DNA of 64,000 nucleotides from an uncultured Actinomycetes bacterium. GTDB lineage: Bacteria > SZUA-79 > Acidulodesulfobacterales > Acidulodesulfobacteraceae. Below are positions 56,918-64,000 of this stretch, piece after piece. The stretch is from contig CAZVZU010000003.1 in NCBI GenBank assembly GCA_964631685.1, forward strand, positions 32,001 to 96,000, read 5' to 3'. The notes under the pieces are model-generated. The model saw nothing but the letters and a program-made list of their open reading frames with translations, ran no database searches and was not told where the DNA came from. The translations under genes and the position numbers were made by a program. Position 1 is the stretch's first letter. The number at the start of each line of letters is the position of its first letter.

Positions 56918-58825
56918 ATGTCGTCATCATACAATAAAGATGGAATATTAAGAAGACAAAAAAACAGGATTAATTTTTTAGCGGTAATATTTACTCTGCT
57001 GACTTTTCTTTTAGTGGTAAGACTGTTTTATTTACAAGTGGTCAGGGGTGGCTATTATCGTAAATTGGCAGAGAAGAATGCCACTAGGGTTATATATCTT
57101 GCGGCTCCAAGGGGGGATATACTTTCAAGTAAGGGCAAAATTCTCGTTGGCAACGAATCCTCGTTTAATATTGCAGTTTCTATTGCGCATGTAACGGATT
57201 TAAGGACGGAATTAAGATTTTTATCAAGGTTAATGCGTAAAAGTTATCATAAGCTTTTAAGGAAGGTTAAGAAAGAAGAGTTTTTGCCGTCTTACGAATC
57301 TATCATTCTTATTCGTAATATTTCTGTTAGAGAATTGGCAAGATTTGAGGTAAATAAGTTGTTTTTAAAGGGTTTTTTTATTGTGGGAATTCCGATACGA
57401 CGATATCCCTATGATAAAATGGGCGCTCAAATATTTGGATATGTTGGTCCGGTTTCATCTTCTCAGCTTAAAGAAAAAAAGTATCATCATCTTAATTCTT
57501 CCGATATCATTGGCGAGACAGGGCTTGAGTATTATTATCAGAAATACTTACGAGGCAAAGACGGAGAAAAGCAGATTATTGTGAATTCTGGTGGCGAACC
57601 GATAGGCAAGGTTGTTGTCGAAAAACCCGTTATGGGCGCAAACCTATACACGACACTAGATTTACCATTAGAAAGGCTCGCGTATAAGCTTATGAAGACG
57701 AGGCAGGGGGCAGTAATTGCCGTAGATCCAAACAACGGGAAGGTACTTGCTATGGTGTCAACACCATCTTTTAACCCTTTTTATTTTTCCGAGGGTATAA
57801 GTCAAAAGCGATGGTATAAAATTATCAATAATGATCGACACCCATTAGAAGATAAGGCTATCCAGAATGCGTTAGCGCCAGGATCCACCTTTAAGGTGAT
57901 AGGTGCCATGGCCGCTCTTTCCTTGCACCTGATAACCCCCAAAGAGAAAATTTACTCAGGGCCATCTTTTAAGCTGGGTAATGCGATTTTTTATAACTGG
58001 AATCCTAATCAGAAATCAAAAATAAATCTATATAGAGCCCTTGCGGAATCGGTTGACACATATTTCTACCCTCTTGGGGTTAAAATGAGCGTTGATGAGC
58101 TGGCGCAATATGCATTTAAATTCGGATTCGGAAAGAGAACGGGGGTAGACCTGCCGGATGAAAATCCAGGTTTTATACCCACAAAGCATCTTGTCCGAAA
58201 GATATATCATAGATATTGGTATAAGGGTTCAACCCTTTCAGCAATTATTGGACAGGGTTACGATAATGTTACGCCAATTCAGTTAGTGATGGCATATAGC
58301 GCTATAGCGAACGGTGGAAATTTATACCGGCCGTTTTTATTGAATAAAATTGTGTCGCAAAACGGTAGGGTTTTAAAAAAGATGGAAGCGAAGCTTACCA
58401 AACATGTAAATGTCAAGCAAAGTTATTTGAGGGCGGTAAAAAAAGGGCTTTGTGATGTTGTAAACAAAAAATACGGCACTGCGGCAAACGGCAGGATTAA
58501 TGGTATACTATTTTGCGGAAAGACGGGAACAGCACAAATTATATCACAAACCTACTCTATTTACGATATAAACAAAATACCGAGAAAATACAGAGATAAT
58601 GCATGGTTTGTGGGGTTTGCACCGTTAAAGCACCCGGAGATAGCAGTAGTTGTCTTGGATATGCATGCTAGGCTTCTCGGTATAAATGCGGCAGTTATAG
58701 CTAAGAAAATAGTCGAAAAATATTTAGAACAAAAAGGTTTATGGACACCGCCGGTACATAAAAAAATTAAAAGCAACGGCAAAGCGAATGTCAAACCGCA
58801 TAATTTTGATAACACAAATTTGTAA
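56918..58825 (+). CDS. mrdA: Penicillin-binding protein 2
   Basis: RLFYLQV, APRG.I, G..GLE, PGSTFK (SxxK), SVDTYFY (SxD), IGQG, GKTGTAQ. Confidence 0.95.
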   Translation: MSSSYNKDGILRRQKNRINFLAVIFTLLTFLLVVRLFYLQVVRGGYYRKLAEKNATRVIYLAAPRGDILSSKGKILVGNESSFNIAVSIAHVTDLRTELRFLSRLMRKSYHKLLRKVKKEEFLPSYESIILIRNISVRELARFEVNKLFLKGFFIVGIPIRRYPYDKMGAQIFGYVGPVSSSQLKEKKYHHLNSSDIIGETGLEYYYQKYLRGKDGEKQIIVNSGGEPIGKVVVEKPVMGANLYTTLDLPLERLAYKLMKTRQGAVIAVDPNNGKVLAMVSTPSFNPFYFSEGISQKRWYKIINNDRHPLEDKAIQNALAPGSTFKVIGAMAALSLHLITPKEKIYSGPSFKLGNAIFYNWNPNQKSKINLYRALAESVDTYFYPLGVKMSVDELAQYAFKFGFGKRTGVDLPDENPGFIPTKHLVRKIYHRYWYKGSTLSAIIGQGYDNVTPIQLVMAYSAIANGGNLYRPFLLNKIVSQNGRVLKKMEAKLTKHVNVKQSYLRAVKKGLCDVVNKKYGTAANGRINGILFCGKTGTAQIISQTYSIYDINKIPRKYRDNAWFVGFAPLKHPEIAVVVLDMHARLLGINAAVIAKKIVEKYLEQKGLWTPPVHKKIKSNGKANVKPHNFDNTNL

Positions 58826-58867
58826 TCCAAAAACTAAAAAATTAATTTTTTAAGCAATACTTGATTT

Positions 58868-59983
58868 ATGAAATTACCAAAGAATGATTATATAAAAAAT
58901 TTTGATTTTGTGATATTTTTTACCGTTATAGTAATCTCTGCGATAGGCATTGTAAATCTTTTTGGGTCATTAAGTGCAGAACACAGAGGCTTCTTAGATC
59001 CCTATGTTGTTAAGCAGATCATCTGGTTTATTATAGCCTTTTTTATCATGTTTGCAATTATATCTATCGATTACAATACCCTTATAGAGATTGCATATTA
59101 CATCTATGGTTTTATATTTATTTTGATGATAGTGGTGCTATTGGAAGGTAAGATTATGCACGGTGCTTCTCGCTGGATTTCTATTGGCATATTCTCGTTT
59201 CAACCGTCTGAATTTATGAAAATTGGACTAATATTTGTTCTTGCTAAATATTTAACCGCTCATAAAAATAAAAATTGTTATTCTCTGGTGGAACTAATTA
59301 TACCTTTTGCAATAATTCTTTTGCCCGTTTTATTAATCGCAAAAGAGCCTGATTTAGGAACGGCGCTTATAGTTTTTTTTGTCGGAATTGTAATGGTTTA
59401 TCTTGCCGGCATTAAAAGGAGCGCCATAGTGATTCTATCCGGACTAATGCTATTTTTTGGTCCTATTTTGTGGTTTCATTTAAAGCCTTATCAAAAAAGC
59501 AGAATACTTATATTTTTACATCCGGCCAAAGACTATCTTGGAGCGGGATACAACATAATACAGTCAGAGATTGCGGTTGGAGCTGGAAAGCTTTTTGGGA
59601 CAGGGCTCGGCAAGGGTTCGCAGAGCGCTTTAAATTTTTTGCCGTCAAAACATACGGATTTTATATTTGCATCATTTTCTCAACAGTTTGGTTTTGTAGG
59701 AGGTATTGTTCTTATTGGGTTGTATTTCATACTCATTGCAAGGGGATTTAATATTGTGTATCGGACAAAAAAGATGCAAGGGTTCTTGCTTGGAGCAGGA
59801 GCGCTTGGTATACTCGTGTTACACGTAATAATAAATATTTATATGACGATAGGCTTATTGCCTGTCGTCGGGGTACCCTTGCCATTTTTTAGCTATGGCG
59901 GAACATCCGTTATTGTAGACATTTCGGCGGTAGCAATACTTTTAAATATAAAAATGAGAAGGTACAGATTTCAGTCTACATAA
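58868..59983 (+). CDS. rodA: SEDS peptidoglycan glycosyltransferase RodA
   Basis: GASRWI, QPSEFMK, EPDLGTA, YQKSRI, GYNIIQS.IAVG.G, HTDFIF, PLPFFSYGG. Confidence 0.96.
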   Translation: MKLPKNDYIKNFDFVIFFTVIVISAIGIVNLFGSLSAEHRGFLDPYVVKQIIWFIIAFFIMFAIISIDYNTLIEIAYYIYGFIFILMIVVLLEGKIMHGASRWISIGIFSFQPSEFMKIGLIFVLAKYLTAHKNKNCYSLVELIIPFAIILLPVLLIAKEPDLGTALIVFFVGIVMVYLAGIKRSAIVILSGLMLFFGPILWFHLKPYQKSRILIFLHPAKDYLGAGYNIIQSEIAVGAGKLFGTGLGKGSQSALNFLPSKHTDFIFASFSQQFGFVGGIVLIGLYFILIARGFNIVYRTKKMQGFLLGAGALGILVLHVIINIYMTIGLLPVVGVPLPFFSYGGTSVIVDISAVAILLNIKMRRYRFQST

Positions 59984-60001
59984 ATTGAAAAGTGTCAAAA
60001 A

Positions 60002-60031
60002 ACGCTTATCCTGGCGATAAGGGATGAGTGT
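60002..60031 (+). repeat. Nested hairpin between rodA and pgpA
   Basis: ACGCTTATCC/GGATGAGTGT (10 bp, 2 G.U); CTTATC also pairs perfectly with GATAAG (60016-21). Confidence 0.55.
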
Positions 60032-60055
60032 AAAATAGGAGATAACAGCATAGTT

Positions 60056-60541
60056 ATGAAAAAGGGAAAGAGGTTTGATCTGTCAATATTTATATCGACT
60101 TTTTTTTATGCTGGACTATTTCCGTATGCACCCGGAACAATCGGTTCTGTTGCGGGGTTTTTTATATATCTTGTATTATTAAAAGGGCTCAACCCATATG
60201 TATACATAATAACCTGTCTAGTTATCTTTATTATAGGGACATACTATACCTCTAATGCAGAAAAAATAACAAAGATTAAAGACCCGCCATTTGTTGTCCT
60301 TGACGAGGTATTAGGGTATTTTATAACCATGGTGGGGGGGTTGTGGTTTCCCTTTTCTATTGTTTATGCATTAATCGGACTCGGGTTATTCAGATTTTTT
60401 GACATATATAAGCCTTTTCCTATAAGATATGTAGACAGGCATATAACCGGCGGGTTAGGTATAATGCTTGACGATGTTGTCGCTGCCATATTTTCGGCCG
60501 TTGTTTTAAGATTTATTATTATTTTAATTACGGGCACTTAA
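60056..60541 (+). CDS. pgpA: Phosphatidylglycerophosphatase A
   Basis: G..PYAPGT.GS, KDP..VVLDEV.G, LFRFFDI.KPFPI, GGLGIMLDD. Confidence 0.95.
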   Translation: MKKGKRFDLSIFISTFFYAGLFPYAPGTIGSVAGFFIYLVLLKGLNPYVYIITCLVIFIIGTYYTSNAEKITKIKDPPFVVLDEVLGYFITMVGGLWFPFSIVYALIGLGLFRFFDIYKPFPIRYVDRHITGGLGIMLDDVVAAIFSAVVLRFIIILITGT

Positions 60542-60570
60542 TTTATAATTTTTTACTTTGACAAAACAAA

Positions 60571-61824
60571 ATGGATATTAAAATTCTTGTTATAACGGAT
60601 GACTTTAATTTTGTTTCGGCTGGGGACATTATTAAGGGTTTGTCTGAAGTGCTTTTAAACTACAAGCTTGGATTTAAAGAGGCTATTATACTTCCCCGAG
60701 CCGAAAGGGATAATATTTACAAGGTGATGTCGTATATGTCGTCGGGGGATTCGTTTGTGATAGTTTGTGGTGGCATGAAGGGAGAGAGTTGTATCACGCA
60801 GAGTATTGTGTCTGAAATATTTAAAAAAGAACTTGTAAGGAGTAAGGACGCTGCTGATTTAATGAAGTTAGTGTATGAATTTAAGAAGAAAAAGATGAAT
60901 AATACAGATGAAAAGAACTGTTATTTTCCAAACAATTCTTTCGTGATTCCTAATCAAAATACGGGTGTGTCAGGTTTTTATTTGACCGATCCTATATTTT
61001 TTGCTGCAATGCCGCTTGAGCCTGAAAATGTTGTAAATATATTCAAAAACCATGTTATTGGAAAGATATTAGGGAAATTAGGGATTAACTATTTCGTAAA
61101 ATCCAGAAAATACAAACTGTTCGGTTTAAAAGAAAGGAAGTTTGAAAGGCTATTCGATAAGCTAAAAAAGAAATATGAGCTCAGTTTTAATTCTGAGCAT
61201 TCTTTTGGAGAGGTTATTCTTAGCATGCGTATTAACGGAGTTTCAACGCAGAAACTTAGTGAAAATGTAAAGGTTGCAGATAATGCAGTATCGGATATAT
61301 TTGAGGATTATCTTTATGGTTACGACGACGATGAGCTCAATATTGTCTGTGCATACCTACTTAAAGAAAAAAACGTTAGTATAGCCATAGCGGAATCCTT
61401 GACCGGAGGCTACATATCTAATAAGCTTACCGATTTACCCGGTGCATCCGGTTATTTTAATTATGGTGGAGTGGTATATTCTGATGATTCCAAGACCGAT
61501 ATACTTGGAGTAGATAGCGGTATCATAGAACGGGACGGGGCAGTTTCAGAGAGTTGCGCTATTGACATGGCAAATCAAGTTAGGAAAAAGGCCTCAAGCG
61601 ACATTGGGCTTGCCGTAACGGGCATTGCGGGACCTGAAACATCATCCGACAGGCATCCCGTAGGGACCGTTTTTATAGCATTATCCTCTGCAAAAGTAAA
61701 AGAGGTAAGAAAATATTTGTTTAAGGGTTCCAGGTTGGATGTTAAGGCTTATACATCAAAAATGGCGCTGTTCTGGATTTACAAGATACTTAGCGGAACC
61801 CCTTTGTCGTTAATACGAGGATAG
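60571..61824 (+). CDS. cinA: CinA-family protein (degenerate N-domain, NMN deamidase/PncC C-domain)
   Basis: AESLTGG, PGASGYF, YS..SK...LGV, GAVS, AVTGIAGP, PVGTVFIA; between pgpA and recA. Confidence 0.88.
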   Translation: MDIKILVITDDFNFVSAGDIIKGLSEVLLNYKLGFKEAIILPRAERDNIYKVMSYMSSGDSFVIVCGGMKGESCITQSIVSEIFKKELVRSKDAADLMKLVYEFKKKKMNNTDEKNCYFPNNSFVIPNQNTGVSGFYLTDPIFFAAMPLEPENVVNIFKNHVIGKILGKLGINYFVKSRKYKLFGLKERKFERLFDKLKKKYELSFNSEHSFGEVILSMRINGVSTQKLSENVKVADNAVSDIFEDYLYGYDDDELNIVCAYLLKEKNVSIAIAESLTGGYISNKLTDLPGASGYFNYGGVVYSDDSKTDILGVDSGIIERDGAVSESCAIDMANQVRKKASSDIGLAVTGIAGPETSSDRHPVGTVFIALSSAKVKEVRKYLFKGSRLDVKAYTSKMALFWIYKILSGTPLSLIRG

Positions 61825-61842
61825 TCGGAATTATCTTTTAAC

Positions 61843-61871
61843 TTGATATTATTTTTTTTTTAAGCTATAAC
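61843..61871 (+). promoter_or_regulatory. Sigma70-type promoter of recA
   Basis: TTGATA-N17-TATAAC; GGGGAG RBS before the ATG. Confidence 0.65.
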
Positions 61872-61951
61872 ACTTAACTGAAAGCTCAATTCGGATTGTT
61901 GATAATTTAGTCCGACGATAATTAAATAAATTTACGGATAGGGGAGTCGAA

Positions 61952-62992
61952 ATGTCTTCAAAACTTGGAGGTAACAAAGAGAGCAAGAGTAAAGCGCCCG
62001 TGAACGATAAAAAACTTAAGGCCTTAGACTTAGCTATTTCTCAAATAGAAAAACAGTTTGGCGTAGGTGCCATAATGAAACTTGGTGGTAAACCGTTAAC
62101 CGAAAATGTTAAGTCTATTCCTACGGGGTCGTTATCTCTTGATATCGCGCTTGGTATAGGCGGAATACCTAAGGGTAGGGTCGTTGAAATATTTGGTCCG
62201 GAATCTTCGGGTAAAACCACCTTGACTCTTCAAATTATTGCTCAAGCTCAAAAAAGAGGGGGTATTGCCGCTTTTATTGATGCAGAGCATGCTGTTGATT
62301 TAAATTATGCTAAAAAAATAGGGGTTAACGTAGATGATTTGTTGATTTCCCAGCCGGGTACAGGTGAAGAGGCGTTAGAAATAGCAGATTCTCTTGTTCG
62401 CTCTGGCTCAGTGGATGTGTTGGTTATAGATTCTGTTGCGGCGCTTGTTCCGAGGGCCGAAATAGAGGGTGAGATGGGGGACTCTCATATGGGGCTTCAG
62501 GCAAGACTGATGTCTCAGGCGTTGAGAAAACTTACATCTGCTATAGCAAAGTCCAATACATCTGTTATTTTTATAAATCAAATAAGGATGAAGATAGGTG
62601 TAATGTTTGGTTCGCCAGAAACGACGACCGGTGGAAATGCCTTGAAGTTTTATTCTTCCGTGAGAATAGATATAAGAAGAATCGGAGCCATTAAAAAAGG
62701 GGACGAGGTTATCGGCTCTCGTACAAGGGCGAAGATTGTTAAAAATAAAGTTGCTCCGCCGTTTAAAGAAGCAGAGTTTGATATAATATATGAGGAGGGG
62801 ATATCGCTTGAGGGTGATATAGTTGATTTAGGTGTAAATAACGGAATAGTAGACAAGGCAGGGACATGGTTTAGTTACGGCAAGGAAAGATTGGGGCAAG
62901 GAAGGGAAGCGGCCAAGGAATCCCTTAGGAACAATTCGGCATTAAAGGATGAAATATATTCTAAAATTATAGCTAAATTTAATCTTAAATAA
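61952..62992 (+). CDS. recA: Recombinase A
   Basis: [63 protein letters not shown]. Confidence 0.98.
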   Translation: MSSKLGGNKESKSKAPVNDKKLKALDLAISQIEKQFGVGAIMKLGGKPLTENVKSIPTGSLSLDIALGIGGIPKGRVVEIFGPESSGKTTLTLQIIAQAQKRGGIAAFIDAEHAVDLNYAKKIGVNVDDLLISQPGTGEEALEIADSLVRSGSVDVLVIDSVAALVPRAEIEGEMGDSHMGLQARLMSQALRKLTSAIAKSNTSVIFINQIRMKIGVMFGSPETTTGGNALKFYSSVRIDIRRIGAIKKGDEVIGSRTRAKIVKNKVAPPFKEAEFDIIYEEGISLEGDIVDLGVNNGIVDKAGTWFSYGKERLGQGREAAKESLRNNSALKDEIYSKIIAKFNLK

Positions 62993-63022
62993 ATGTTAGT
63001 ACAATAATTGGTAACAATACCT

Positions 63023-64000
63023 ATGGTTGAACAGCCGTCTTTCATAGAAAAGCTTTTGAGAAGGGCTACAGACATGAGGGCATCCGACGTGCATCTCAAG
63101 GCAAATTCATATCCCGTCTTCAGGATAGATGGTAAAATTTATCCCCAAAAAGATTTAGACATATTGCCTCCTGATTTTACCCTCAAGATTGCGCAGAGTA
63201 TGATGGACAAGTACCAGTCGGGGGTGTTTCAGAAGAATAGAGATGTTGATTTAGCTTATAGTCTGCCTGATGTCGGCAGATTTAGGGTGAATATTTTTTT
63301 TCAAAGAAATTCCATAAGTATTGCTATGAGGTATATACCTTTTACTGTTCCTTCTTTCGACTCCCTGAATCTTCCGGAAGTTATAAAATCTATTGCATTA
63401 AAGGAAAGGGGCCTTGTTCTTGTTACCGGAATTACAGGAAGTGGAAAATCCACAACCCTTGCGTCAATGGTAGATTATATTAATAGAAATAAAGCTGTCC
63501 ATATAATAACAATAGAGGACCCTATAGAGTATCTCCATAAAGATGTAAAGTCCATAATAGCTCAGCGTGAATTGGGCATGGATGTTTATTCCTTCTCTCA
63601 CGGTTTAAGGGAAGCGTTAAGACAGGACCCCGATGTCATTTTAGTTGGTGAGATGAGAGATTTGGAGACCATTGAAACCGCTATAACGGCTGCAGAAACC
63701 GGACATCTTGTCATGGGTACGCTTCACACTCTTGATGCACAGGAAACTATAAATAGGGTTATCTCAGTTTTTCCGCCTTATCAACAAAAACAGGTCAGGA
63801 TGCAACTTTCTTCGGTAATTTCAGCCGTAATATCTCAGCGTCTTATCGTTAAAGCCGATAAGAAAGAGCAGGGCAGGCTTCCCGCTGTCGAGATATTAGT
63901 GGGGACTGAGACTATCAAGGAATGTATTGCCGATGAAAACAAAACGGCTACTATTAGGGATTATATAAAAAGTGGCAACGCCCAATATGGGATGCAGACA
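63023..64000 (+). CDS. pilT: Type IV pilus retraction ATPase, PilT family; 3'-truncated by the window edge (not in the ORF track)
   Basis: Manual translation from ATG 63023: ASDVHL, GRFRVNIF, GLVLVTGITGSGKSTT, TIEDPIE, ALRQDPDVILVGEMRD, AAETGHLV.GTLHT, GMQT. Confidence 0.93.
   Translation, partial: MVEQPSFIEKLLRRATDMRASDVHLKANSYPVFRIDGKIYPQKDLDILPPDFTLKIAQSMMDKYQSGVFQKNRDVDLAYSLPDVGRFRVNIFFQRNSISIAMRYIPFTVPSFDSLNLPEVIKSIALKERGLVLVTGITGSGKSTTLASMVDYINRNKAVHIITIEDPIEYLHKDVKSIIAQRELGMDVYSFSHGLREALRQDPDVILVGEMRDLETIETAITAAETGHLVMGTLHTLDAQETINRVISVFPPYQQKQVRMQLSSVISAVISQRLIVKADKKEQGRLPAVEILVGTETIKECIADENKTATIRDYIKSGNAQYGMQT

Noticed and set aside
531..63099. Numerous 60-150 aa ORFs antisense to or nested within the called genes
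   Set aside because: They are shadows of well-supported genes, with no recognisable motifs.
1..64000. CRISPR arrays, tRNA/rRNA, IS elements, prophage, defence systems, stop-codon recoding
   Set aside because: No regular repeat-spacer pattern, cloverleaf or transposase/integrase ORF was seen. Spacers are short and all genes read through under the standard code.

Overview
This is a gene-dense, AT-rich bacterial chromosome segment made almost entirely of core housekeeping genes. It covers thiamine synthesis (thiE, thiC, thiD), rpsF-rpsR-DUF2232-rplI-dnaB, yggT-divIVA, polX, argS, oppDF, dksA, dgt, purH-purD-gmhA, purE, tsaC, mtnP, pilotin-rodZ, tusA, a split type IV pilus alignment/secretin locus with tatC, recJ, queA-tgt-yajC-secDF, tmk-holB-ricT-metG-tatD, mreBCD...mrdA-rodA and pgpA-cinA-recA-pilT. 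Gene order looks deltaproteobacterial (Desulfobacterota-like). The very Lys-rich periplasmic proteins suggest a diderm acidophile, and Ca. Acidulodesulfobacterales is a plausible but unverified guess. I found no rRNA, tRNA, CRISPR array, transposase, integrase or prophage, and no clear-cut new multi-gene system. The most unusual signal lies below gene level. Many conserved proteins (DGC, ROK kinase, DnaB, ArgS, QueA, HolB) carry extra in-frame loops whose DNA is self-complementary or bounded by inverted repeats. Several spacers are filled with unrelated GC-richer hairpins, including two ~95-100 nt rods, often in an arm/anti-arm/arm layout. This could reflect a palindrome-generating process that adds sequence to proteins, but it was found by eye and needs a shuffle test. 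Other points of interest are apparent pseudo-enzymes (PolX, a LarE homologue, the CinA N-domain), a TatD-radical SAM fusion and an HpnR-like B12 radical SAM enzyme.
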